A stretch of 64,000 nt of DNA. It comes from a virus. Taxonomy: Duplodnaviria; Caudoviricetes. The DNA lies in the IMG/VR virus record IMGVR_UViG_3300028886_000037, positions 160,001 to 224,000 of that record, one strand, 5' to 3'. The notes below the pieces were generated by a model. That model saw only the letters and a program-made list of their open reading frames with translations. It made no database searches and had not been told where the DNA came from. Positions within the stretch are counted from its first letter, which is position 1; every line of letters starts with the position of its first letter. Positions 18,522-30,639 of the stretch are shown here, one piece after another. Made by a program: the position numbers and the translations under genes.

Positions 18522-18549
18522 CAGTTGAATTCCTTTTAAAAGTTACGCT

Positions 18550-21500
18550 CTATTTATAGTTGCCTTCTCTCAAGTCTTTCTCGAGTCGGTCATGCTCATC
18601 ACGCAGCTCTATGTACTTGTCACTTCCAAACGGGCAGCAGTGCATCAATTGACATAGCTGTCCGAGTCGATCAGTCAGCTCGCTGAATGTCTTCTGATTA
18701 TCACTCTTCTCCATAGTGCTGACTATATTGATGTCATCCTTCGTGATCATCCTATTGCTATCCTCTCTACATAAGGGTCTATCGGGTCAGTGACTGTTCT
18801 TTCATAATTCAGTGCATAATTGCATTTTGGACACTCCCATCTGATCCAGCCTGGTCCGAAATAAACATAAGCATTAAGTAAGTTTACTTTTTCTTTGCAT
18901 TTTTCACACTTAGGCATCTCTGCTTCTCCATACGATCTTCTTGACGCGTTTCTTTTCGGGCTGCCAACGGATCTTCAACCAGTCCACTGCCTCATCCAGA
19001 GTATTGAAGTATTCTGTTCTAGCTAGCTCGCCGCAGTCAGTCCAGAAGTAGTGCCACCAGATGAACCATACTTTCGGAAAGAATCCCTTTCCCTCATAGG
19101 TTATGACGCGCTTGGGCAGCTTTCTCATCAACCATTTCCACATACTCGTTTCCTCAATGAAAGTCTATACTGACTAGAGACTCTGTCTCATGAACTTGCT
19201 CCCATGCCTTAGCAGCTTCATCGTATCTGTCGAACTTAGTGCAACCGACTTCAGAATTTAGCCAAGTCACGAATTTTTCCGTCTCCGAGGTAGAACTTCT
19301 TATCTCCATGTTTGTCTATGTAATATAGAAAATACTCAGGATGTTTCATCTTCATTCGAGCTCTCACTCGTCCTCATCCCTGTTCTCCTCTTGCCACTTC
19401 TTGTAAGCTTCAGCTCTGTGCTTGTTGAAGGTCTTCAGATCGACTTCTTGCAGCTTCGAGTAGTCACGGTTGCACCAGTAGTCCACATACAGATTGCCGT
19501 CCTTGCCGATGTTGAACATCTCTTCTGATGCGTAGTTGATCTCAGCGAACGGCGTGATGCGCATATCCTTCAAGTCCTCATCGTCCTGTAGATGAGAGTA
19601 GTCAGGGAATTCCCATCTGATTCCATGCTTCTCTATCTTCTCGTAGATGAACTCCTGCCAGAGCTTAGAATCGTTCCAGTACTTGTTGTCTCTGTCGCTT
19701 CTGAGACCAAGAATCTTGATCATGTATGTTCCGCCGTGCGGCGACTTGAAGCATCTTCCGATTAGCTTCTGAACTGTCTCTTCTGGAGCATCGAAGAAGT
19801 CCATAATGCGCTGAAAGAAGTAGTCATCCAAGTCGAACGGCTTTCCGTCTCTCGTCAATCCGAGTCCCTCTGGAAAGTCTTCTACCTTCGAATTCAACTC
19901 GAACAGCTGCTGAATGCTCATGTCTTCTAGTTTCATCGTTACACCTTATATCCCTTGATCGTGTAAGTTTTGTCGTATGGGTTGTAAGCGAAGTTCTGAT
20001 TGTCGTATTCGAACTCGTTCTTGTCTATAGCGCTCAACAGCTTCTCATACTCTGCTTCGTCGATTTGATTCCAGTCGAAGTCGTAGAATACTACCGTGCT
20101 GTCGTCAGGGAAGTGGAGTATAGGCGGCTTAGCTTTAGATACAGGCTTGATCTGCGGAATGTAACCAGGAAGAAGAACAGGTCTCGGCTTTCCAGACTTA
20201 GTCCATGCGCACTTCCAGGCTAGCATGATAGTCGGTAGCTTGTCTTCTCGGAGAGCTTTTCTCATTAGGTTCAGGCAGTGCCAGTGGACTGGATCTGACT
20301 CTTGGCTCATAGTCATAGTTACAATTTCACTCATTTCTCTTTCCTCAGTAATGGACAGCGCTTCGGACGATGGTACTCCAAGCCGTCATATCCGATGTTT
20401 TCTCTCTGGTAGCGGTTCTTGTTGTGAGAAGTCTTCACGACTTCGAAGCTAGCGAGATCGATGTTGAAGTTTCCTAGACCGCAGTACCGTCTCCAGTTGT
20501 GCGGAGTGTTCTTTAGCTCTACTTCTACAAAGTGTTCGCAGTCTTCGCAACCTTTCAACTGTGATGTGCCCATATCCATGCTCCTGGCTCGTAGTTAGGA
20601 TCGTCCCAGCCGTGGACGAAATAGTTTCCGTAAGGATCATTAGGGTTGAGCTCGAGATAGCGTCTGAACTCAGGATCTTCACGTTTCATTCGCTCGATGG
20701 TCTCGTTGGTCAAGTTAGTCATCTTGTCTCATCAGCTTATTGATCAAACGAGTGCATTCTTCTTTGCCCTCTTCGGATTCTAGCTTCTTTCTAGCTTCCA
20801 GAATATAATCTAACCATTCTTCGATATTATCGTTGATCTGTCTGTCGTGAAGCTTTCTAGCATCGTCTTCAGAGACTTCGGACATATCTAACAGAACCTT
20901 GTCAGCTACTTCCTCAGACAGAAGCGTCTTGTTCGTTATCTCGAAGCAGACCTTGTAGTCTCTAGTGACGAAGATCCAGCCCCGGAAGTCAGAGTCGCAG
21001 TCTTTAGAGAGCTCCTCAAGGTTTATGTGCTTTCCGAAATTGTCGATCACTAAGTCATCGAACTTGTCGAGCTCGTCGTCGAACTTCGATCTCATATCCT
21101 TATCGTCTGGATCTATCGCCTCAGAGTTCTTACATACGCCAGATCTGGCCCATGCGTAATAGCCCCATTCAGAATAGTCATTGTCGCCCAGTGTACAGAG
21201 TATTATGATCTTCTTGTCTGGACCATAAGTCTCGAATAGTCTGTCTACTTCTCTCGTAAATCTGTTCATCCTTCGTCTCCAGTCTCGTTGATCTGTACCG
21301 TCGTGTCGATCTCGCCGACGAACATTCTGTCCTCGTCAGTGAAGTCGAACCAACTGCATTCCTTGTAGAATTTTCGCATCTTGGTCATAGTAGCTTTAGC
21401 TCTGCCCTTATTGGGATAGTGAGTAGCCTGACTCAAGTCATCTTCCCAGTGACCAGCGTTCCCTTTGCCACTCCAGTAGTGAATTTCACCATTCCAGCCA

Positions 21501-23820
21501 GAGTGATCAGGTCTCGGCTGACAACAGAGTACCCAAGTCTTCAGTTTTGCATCAATCATTGGTCATATCTCCAGTTAGTGTAGTTGAAGCAGAATCCTAA
21601 GATCCAGAACGATCCGTCATAGCACCGGTCTCTACCCTTCTTTGCACCGTTGTTGTGAAAGCGCAAGAAGCAGCGTAGAGTGTGTCTGGGACACCACTGG
21701 ATGCAGAAGGTCTTCGTGTTGTGATCCCACCACTTCTCGAACAGCGTCATATCTTTCCTTCCAGATAGGCGTTGACCATGTCAATAGAGTCGTAGCCGTT
21801 AGCGATGAAGTTCAGAATCTGTCCAGTGTCATACTTCTCGTTGATAGCTATCAGCGTATCCTGCTCTTCTTTCCTGAAGGAGTCTAGCTCGTCGATGGCT
21901 TTCATGTTCTCAGCTTCAGCAGTCTTCTTGATGTCGCTCAGCTTCGCGTCCATTCCATACAGAGTCTGAAGATGACCCACTGTCGATACGACCTCGAACT
22001 GTGCGCTCATCGCGTCTGTGAGCTCTTTGCACTTCTTTTTGTACTCTTCTTTGTTCTCGATCATTTTTGACTCCAGTTGTTTTCTATCCAAATATAGATA
22101 AAGCTGCTGTGTTTGGCACTATGCATCCTCGAACTTGACAGTAGAAGTTGCTTTCAAGATCTTGATCTCCACATAGTCGCCATATTTGGCCTTCAGAGGC
22201 TTGATTCCCCAGTTGCCGAGATGTCCACTAGAGGCGCTAGTCGGACCTAGCAGATAAGCAGCAGCGCCGTGAGAAGAGTAGTGCATAGCCTTCGACACGT
22301 CATCTGTCCACTTGTTTCGGTTCTTGTTCCAGAACAGCACGCTCGGCTCCATAGCTGGAAGACTGATGATAGCCGCGATCACATAGCAGCTAGTCTCTGT
22401 TTTCTTGTACATTTGCCTTCTCCTTCTTAGCGTCTCTCAATTTACAGAACGCTGTCGCGATAGTTCCAGTCACTCTGAAGTTAGTTCCATCGTAGATGTC
22501 GAAACTGAATCCTCGTTCAGATGGAACGCCACAGCCGTCATAGACCGTCTCCCAGAACTTCTCGCGGAGAGGATAGTCTGGCAGATCGAATCCCTCGTCA
22601 GTCTGATTCTCGTACCAGAACTCACGAAGCTTCACGTTCTCTTTGAGGAACTTCACGACACCATTTGACGGAAAGAACTGGATAGCGATGTAGTTGACGC
22701 CGTCCAGAGTCCTGGGAAAGACCATAGCCTGAAGCTGATAGTCCCAGACTCCGCCCTTGAACGGATCTTTCGTATCTTTCTCGATAGCCTTCATCACGTC
22801 GAATCGGTCTTCTATGTCCTTGTAGAACGAGTCCCAACGGATCATGTCTTTCGGAACCCACTCGATGAACTTATCACGCAGATCGGCTAGATATGATCTC
22901 GCTTTGTCCAAGTCTCCAAATTCTGCATTCTCCTTGAAGAGATATGCGTAAAATACTTTCGTTGACATTATGCCCAACCTCTCTCTGAAAGCTTATCTTT
23001 GGTAGATTTTTCGATCTCGAACGGAACTTTCGTATCCTTGTAGAATATGATCAAACGGTCTTTGATCTCGCGGAAGTCCACGATCTCGCAGCTCTGATGA
23101 TCATCGATCCACTTCTGCAAGCAGCCCTCAAGAGACGCTAGCATGTAGCAGTCGATGTTCTCGACATATACTTTCAATCCTTTGCACTTCATCTGATCTC
23201 GATTCCTCCTCTAGCCTCTGGAACGCCTAGCTGCTTGTCCAGAAAGTCTGAGATCTCAGAACGACCTTCTGGAGTCCAGTCGGCAGTGTCATAGGATTCT
23301 TTGAGTGTCTTAGCGATGTTGTCTATCGATTCCTTGCAGAGGTTTAGCCTCACAGAATCTCCGACCATCGGTCTAGGCTCATCAGTCTTATCCTGCACGT
23401 CGTGATCAGGCGCTCTCATCTCTTCAGCGAACTCGATTCCATCTGAGATTCCGCAGATGTAGCCCTTGACGCTCTGAAGGATCCACTTCGGATCAGCTTG
23501 CTGCTCCTCTGACTGTTCGATGAAGTCGAGAATCTTGTTCGCGAACTCGTTAACTTTTGCTTCTGCTGCTGTCATACTGCCTCCCTTACGATGAAGCCCA
23601 GGACGAACCCGAGCATAACTCCTATCAGAATGTAGCCAGCGATGGGTCCGTTGTCCATTTGATTCACTTCAACGATAGAGTCTGGAACAGCCGTCGTAGC
23701 GACCGTGTCGGTGCTGCGATGGCTTGAGTGATGCATCGGATTTAGCGGACTTATCGGATTCGCTGGATTCATCATGCTAAATGGACTCGCTGGATGTGCT
23801 GGATTCATTATCGGATTCAT
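18550..23820 (-). other. array of about 18 small, coupled hypothetical genes
   Basis: Abutting/overlapping ATGA or TAATG junctions, e.g. 19364-19936, 19939-20334, 20715-21269, 21266-21559, 22119-22412, 22390-22977, 23189-23575, 23572-23820. Confidence 0.7.
19154..19355 (-). pseudogene. small gene with +1 frameshift in A5 run
   Basis: MKMKHPEYFLYYIDKHGDKKFYLGDGK continues as FVTWLNSEVGCTKFDRYDEAAKAW.. if one A at 19274-19278 is removed. Confidence 0.5.
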
Positions 23821-23821
23821 T

Positions 23822-24349
23822 CTATTCTCCCAAGTAAGATACGCCGTTCACATAGTAGTCGCAGTTGTGCACAGCGAAATTGTGACACTCGGCCAAGAAT
23901 TCGTGAAGCTGTCTGGGAAGCACGAACTTCTGCTCGCCACGCTCATCGTCTGTGCCTTCGAAAGTCACGACGAAGCTTCCAGGCTCTGGTACGGGCTGCT
24001 CTTCAGTATTGGCGAAGTCGACGAGTTCTAGACCATCATATTTCAGAATGAAGAAAAAGTCATTCTCTCCGATTGCAGTTCTACCGTGATGTCCGATCAA
24101 GCACTCGTTCTTTTCGAGTTCAGGTGCGAGATAGACCTTGATGACTCCATTGAGAGTTCCCAAGTAGCCATATTCAGAGACTTTATCCGGACGTTCGGCC
24201 ATGAAGATCGGATCAGCATTGAGAGCAGTTCCTACAGCTTCGCCCACATAGAGACAGTCGCCACAGTAGTTGCACTTTGCTTGACAGTCGTTAGCAGCGT
24301 GCAGGATAGTAGCGATGAGGCGTCCAATTCTAGCACGGCTCCACGTCAT
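23822..24349 (-). CDS. stand-alone homolog of the gp23 major capsid protein A-domain segment
   Basis: W..LI..I..AN...G...V...V..L...YLGTLNGVIKVY..P...LIG..G aligns by eye with T4 gp23 RWAGE..FAGVLGGKYRVYIDQY..TVGYKG. Confidence 0.6.
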   Translation of the reverse strand: MTWSRARIGRLIATILHAANDCQAKCNYCGDCLYVGEAVGTALNADPIFMAERPDKVSEYGYLGTLNGVIKVYLAPELEKNECLIGHHGRTAIGENDFFFILKYDGLELVDFANTEEQPVPEPGSFVVTFEGTDDERGEQKFVLPRQLHEFLAECHNFAVHNCDYYVNGVSYLGE

Positions 24350-24450
24350 TCCATCGTTCTATGCTAGAGTGAAGTTTCTCGGTTCTGCATTTTCCTTTAG
24401 TTTCTTGATGTCGATCATTTGTGTTCCTTTTTTTTGAATTTCCCTGTCCT

Positions 24451-27400
24451 TTATGCTCGATGGCGGAAGTTGCCTTTCTCATCTTTCACGATCTCGTCGA
24501 CGAATTCGAACTTCCGTCTGATCTTGATAACTGCATGGTCGTGTGAAAACTTGTGATGAGTCTTGTAAAAAGTCATCATTCTGTAAGCGCTTCTAGGAGA
24601 CCTGAAGGTTTTAGCTGCAGGAAGAAAGTCTGTCACTGGTACATTTTCTCCGATATACATAGCTTTTCCGGGCTGTTCTGGTCTCTCGAACTTGACTACA
24701 TAGATGAAATCTTGGATCATATTATTAGGATTTGATCTGTTTTTCCAAGTACCTTATGTACTTTTCAAGTTTCTTGATGTATTGGTCTCTATCGTCGCAT
24801 GCGTTGTACCAAGCACTAAGAGACGCCATCTCTTCGATGTCGCCTATGCACTCGTACTCAGGCTTTTCTGGTTTCTTTACACTTCTCATTTTCAATAATT
24901 CCTGTGATCTCGAAGGTGCGCTTCACTCGCAGAATTACGAAGTCATGTGCGAACCCGTTGTTGCGAGAGTGATACGATACGGATTGATTAGCGTTCTTCA
25001 TAGTCTTGAAGAACTTAGCTTCTGAGAGCTCGGTCGTGTAGTAAGCGTCCTGACTGATATACTGCAAAATATCTTCGCCGTCTTTGCCACACGGCATCTT
25101 GCACTGTACTACGAAGTTCTCTAGTGTGATCATTATAACCCCAGTTTGCTCTTGAGGTCAGCCAATACTGCTGGATCTTCAATATCGGTGACGTTGTTGA
25201 TCTCTTTGTCCATGTCGATGATATAGTCTTCCTTCTGGAAACGCTTGAGAACGACCTGAGGGCCAAACGTGTCTCGATTGATCTTACGCTGGTAAACTAC
25301 GCCGTGCATATCGTTCTTGAGGAGCCACTGTCTCATCTGCTCGTCTTGAGGGTTCGATACGATGTCGACTAAGAGACTCTTCGTTGTCGGATTGATGTGA
25401 AGATGATGGATCTTGTCAGAGTTCCGGTCGATAGAAATTCTAGAGTACACTCTCATCATGCCGATGAAAGAATCTTCGCCTAGGACGAACTCCATGCTGC
25501 TCGATGGTTGAGCTATCCAGCCGCCGTCGTCGTTCGAGTGGACCTCTTCCTCACGCACTGCGACAGACAGCATGATTCCGCCGTCCCTGACGTTGGGTGT
25601 GTGCCATTGGAGAATGCTCGGAATGTACCACTGCTTGAGTTTCTCATATTCCATGAGTTTCGGTATGAAGTATAGATCGATTCCTTCATTAGCTGTCGCC
25701 CATTCCTTGCGCTCCCAGTCATTCGCTTCATCCATAGACACTTTTCTGAAGCGCATAATCGGTTCGGCATTAGTTTCTTCGCTCATAAGTTCCTCTTGTT
25801 TTTGTACAATCTAGAAAAAAGCGGTGCAAAACTAAATAGCCTTGCACCACATTTTCTTTGATTTTACGTATTTTTAAGCGGGAATGAACGAAATGTGGAT
25901 GTCTGTGATCTGATTGTCATCTTGTCTCTTGACTTTTATGGAGTCGACCGAGACTAGATTGATTCCTAGCTGATTGACGATGAATTCGCCGAGCTTGTTC
26001 GCTGCAGGATCTTCTTTCATATCTTGCATGAGATTGTTCTGCTTTTTCATGTACTTGTCCACGTCGAAGGGGAGTTCGACATGCAGCGAGTAGCCGTTGT
26101 TGATGACGCCATACTTCACCTTGCAGTCTTCCTTGCATTTCTTCATCGCTTCACGTAGTCTTTCCCAAGACTTCTGAGAGACATCATACTCCAGAACGCC
26201 ATCGGCATAGTCTAGAAAGTCGTAGAGTCTCTCTTCGAGATTTGTTAGTTCACGTTTGATCATACTCTTTCCTCTTCTTTAGTCTTCTTTAGGAGCGAAC
26301 GGGTTCTTGATGACCTTAGCCTTAGTGCTCTTCAACTGGCCAGGATCGTCGTCCCAGATGTGAAGATGGTCATACTGGAATGTTCCGGAGAAGGATCCAG
26401 TCAGCGAGAGTGCGATGCCGAAGCCCTCGTTAGCCATAGCTGTCAGAAGCTCGATGTTATCTTGCGTAGGAATGACCTTCACTTCTGCGTAGATAGTGCC
26501 CTGCCATTCCTCTTTCTCGTCTGGATTCCTGACGAGCTCGGGTCTGCGAACGAAGAACATCGGCTTGCCGTTCACTTCGAGGATCATCTTGCCAAGGATC
26601 CAGTAGCGATGATCTTCAGTCGTCAGATATTCGGCATCCATGCCCTTGAGAGAGTCAAAAGCAGTTCCACCGCCAAATCCGCCATAGTACATGTAGTTCG
26701 ATCCGAAGGAAACCTTGATCCATAGCTCGTCTGAATTGTTCTGATCTTTTTCACAGACCCAACGCCCTTCGCGAGTCTTAAGTATCTCTTTCAGCATCTT
26801 GCTCGTGATTAGCGGTCTGAATAGATTGTCTAGCATTCTTCATTCTCCATAGGCTTAATTCTATCTACGATAGCTCGTTCAAGTTCGTGAAGCTTCTCGT
26901 AGGAACAGATCATTCCCTGCCATAGACCTTTTCGTTCGCCATATCCCTTTTCTGATAAGACGGCAAAGTAGGACCCTGGCAGGACTTCATCTCTGTTCTC
27001 GAAGTACACGCAGTATTCTTTATATCCGTTCTCGTATCTGATGTAGTGGCAGCTTCCGTTGTCCTCGCGCTTGTACTCGATCCGGTAGTTGTAGAGCAGC
27101 TTCTCGATTTTCTCGATTGGCATCTTCCAGACGGGAATATCCTCACTCTCTTCTGACTGTTCCTTAACAGGTTCTTTAGGAGCCTCTTCTGGCTGTTCGT
27201 TGTTAGCCTCTTTAGGCTTTTCATCTTCCAGAATCGAATCGAGCTCAGCGAGATATTTCTCCATGCTCTCTGGATTGAACACGTCGTCTCGGTAGATTAC
27301 GCAACCGACCTTTACATCTGGATCTATGTCGAACTTGCTGATCGTAACGAGGTTGCTCAGATCTTGTTTCAGTTCGAACTTGATTCTGTACTTGTGATTG

Positions 27401-30100
27401 CCGAGTTCGAATCTTACTGTATAGGCAGATCCATAGTCTTTAGCCTCAAATGGAAGTCCGTGATCATTCAGCTTTCTCTCAGTGAGTTCAGCTACGCAGT
27501 CCCACTCGACCCTGGTAGGTTCTAGCTTCTTGAAACCTATCTGGTCGTCTTTTCTGACAGCGCCCGCCTTAGCCATCTTAGCTTTCTGACAGCAGACCCC
27601 ATGAATGCACTCGCCGCATGTCTCTGTGCTAGGAATGCAGATATCCGGATCGAACACGTACTTGTCTCCGACCTTTTCTGCTACCTGAAAGTATCTCGGA
27701 TCCTTAGGTTGTTCATCTACTGGAGACAGATCGCTAAGGTAGCGCTCCTGGAACTCTTCATCAGTCTCTTGATTATCATCAGGCTGTGTCTCTTCGGTCT
27801 TACCCACGATGCTGTCGAATCCAGCTACGCCCATCATGTGTTCCTCGAACTCGATTAGCGTGACCGTGTCAGCGTCAACATATCGGATGAGAATGTAGCC
27901 AGGCTTGTTCATCGGATGGAAGATGTCGGGAATGAGCTCGAACTGATTACCCTCGATCTGACCCTGCCACAGCATATTGCCAATTGGCTCTAGACGCATG
28001 ATGAGACTCAGCGCCGTGAGAATGTCTGGCGTAGTGATCATCACGAATCTGCGCTTCAGATTAGCAGTGATCTTGATGAATTCGGTGATCTGACGGAACT
28101 TGTCGATCGGAAACAAGTCGTCTGACGGTTGAAAGTGAAATGTGCTCTTTAAGATTTTCATAGTTATTCCTCTGTGCTCTCTATCCAGAAGTCAGCGCTT
28201 ACGAGCGCATCACGCTCGTCTAGATGGTAAGTGCGATTCCTGAGCTTGAAGTTGTTCTTTTCAAGAACATTTTTGATCATAGTGTCGATTGGTGCTAGAT
28301 CTGTGTACTTGTTTGAGGGACGGATCTTGATCATGCCCTTCACGATGGGTTCGTAGCATTGATGACGGAATCTCGTCATCTCTCTAGAGTGGCCAGGCGT
28401 CTGCTCGGCATCGTCGATGATGTCAAGCTTACTGCATAGAACTCCGCTTAGCTTAAATTTCATAGTTTGGTGTCCTTGAGTTGATCTTGAATTCTTTCGA
28501 CATAGCGTCGATCTCTCGGTAAGTGTTTCCGATCAAGACGAACATGCCGTCGTCTGGAAGCTTGTTCTCTTCCCACTGTTTCTGAACACGATAAGCGTTT
28601 ACGACGGTCATCAGATTCTCTTGAAGAGTCTTGAACTCCTCTTCCGCATCCTGATGGTAACGGATCTCGATGTTGAACGCTTCGTGATCCGTGTCTTTAG
28701 CCTTCGTGATCATCACCACGAGCTTGTAGTCATCAAGTATCTTTTTTACAATTTCCATGTGTTTTTCCTGTGACTCCGCAGTCGAAGATCATCTGGATCG
28801 GTCTTCCTTGCTTTGTCCTGTTCAGCCACGGCACATCGAGCTTGAAGTGTCTGACACGGCCTTCGATCTCTTTCTGCAAATCCCAGCCGTTCTTGTTTGA
28901 ACGGAAGCTGAAAGTCTGAATTACAGTAGATCCGCCTCCATCAGACGTGTAGAACGTGACCATGTAGACGTGATGTCTATCTCCCTTCATTTTTTCTTTA
29001 CCTCTCTGTCGTATTGCTGATTGAGACGAAAAAGCATCGTGTCGACTTCCTCGGGCTGGAGTCTAGCCAACCAGTCGACTAAGCTCTTCTTTACGTTCTC
29101 TTTCACGGTTCGCCCTTTAGGAAGCTCTTCACCATCTCGTCCTGCGCTTCTCGAACACGATTCACGATCTCTCTCACTTCGTCTTCTGTGTACTCACGCT
29201 CGATCTCGTCCAGATCGACTCTGACCTGCTGAGAGTTGAAGATAGAGAAGTCGACCTTCTCGAAGTTGTGGTCTACGATGTGATTCGCAGCGTCGAATCC
29301 GTCTGGATTCATGTTGACGTCGAGAACACGTCCCTCGAACTCGATAGTAGTCTCCCAGCAGTATCTTACGCCAGTCACGTACAGGAAGTAGTATCGGTAG
29401 ATCAGCTCATGCTTGTTCAACGGAGACAGTCCACGCCAGTACTGCTTGACGCGAATGATCTTGCCCTTGTACTGCTTCAGTGCAGCTTCCTTGCGGTTGT
29501 TGCCCTGACTGTTTCTGTACTCGTCCAGCTCGTTCTGCTTCGCATTGAGCTGCTCTTTGAGCTGATCACGTTCTGCTTTCAGTCTCAGTTCTGTCTCATC
29601 GATATGCTTTGAGAATCCCTTAATCATCATTTATCACCTCTCGGCCAGTAGAATAGAAATATAGCTAAATTTGCGATACCCAGGAATAGTGCATAGAGGA
29701 TGTAGAGCAGGATGTAGACTGTGATCTTCAGAATGTACCAGCCGCTCATCCACTGAGCAGCTTCGATGAAGAACCAGCCTCTGTCTGTCGGCTCGTCTGT
29801 CCTGTTAGTCACGTTTCCGTGTGTCTCGTACTTCAGATCGCATGCGCCGAGTCCGTAGAAGAACAGCATCAGAACTGCGTTTCCTATCAGCACTGATCCA
29901 AGGAGAGCAGGAGCGAAGCCCATGATGACTCCAGGAAGAGAGTACCCCAATGAGACGATAGCTGCGAACAGAACCCAAGCGAACGCAGTAGATCTCCGAA
30001 AGAAGTCCTTTCCAGCGTACTCTAGCGGAGTTTCGATTCGGTAGTATTGCTTCACGGCAGACTCCAAGTTAGTGCGACTTGCCTGTCGATTACGTGACAT
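24451..30100 (-). other. array of hypothetical early genes
   Basis: ORFs 24451-24720, 24858-25133, 25133-25786, 25874-26263, 26279-26836, 26830-28161, 28164-28463, 28453-28758, 28733-28990, 29103-29630, 29627-30100 (membrane). Confidence 0.7.
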
Positions 30101-30639
30101 GTCTCTCTGACGGTCATTTCATTGTCGCCAGCCAACAGAGCGATGGGACACTTGATTGGCACTTCTGGACGTATAGCACGGATAGCGAAGATGGTCGATA
30201 CGATCTGCTCTTCGATCTTAGTTCCAGCGATCACGATGTCAGAGTAAGTCATGATGTTGTTAGCCCAGTCGTGCCAGGTCTGACCATAAGCTTCGACAGT
30301 GCGGAACTTGCAGCTCTTCTCGTTCTTCTGCTGGAGCACCGGAAGCAGATCGGGAACGATCTGCCATCCCTCGGACCACTTGATGCAGTGTTCAGCGAAG
30401 CCCGTGTAGATGTACTCGCGCATCTGATCCCACGGCTTGACGTCTGGAATGCAAGCTAGACCGTCTTTTATCTGATCTTCGGTTAGGCGTGTCTCTTTTA
30501 CGACAATTATGTCACCGTCCCAATTTTGCACATAATCGGCGATTCTAGGGAGAACTGGCGTCATCCGGGTATTCCCAAAGGGAAGGCGGAAAAAGTCGTT
30601 CTGCACGCCCGTAAGGACCAATAAACGGTTAGGCTGCAT
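30052..30639 (-). CDS. degenerate isochorismatase/nicotinamidase-family protein
   Basis: LLVLTGVQNDF, EHCIKWSEGWQIV, IVIAGT; catalytic Asp and Cys positions substituted. Confidence 0.7.
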   Translation of the reverse strand: MQPNRLLVLTGVQNDFFRLPFGNTRMTPVLPRIADYVQNWDGDIIVVKETRLTEDQIKDGLACIPDVKPWDQMREYIYTGFAEHCIKWSEGWQIVPDLLPVLQQKNEKSCKFRTVEAYGQTWHDWANNIMTYSDIVIAGTKIEEQIVSTIFAIRAIRPEVPIKCPIALLAGDNEMTVRETCHVIDRQVALTWSLP

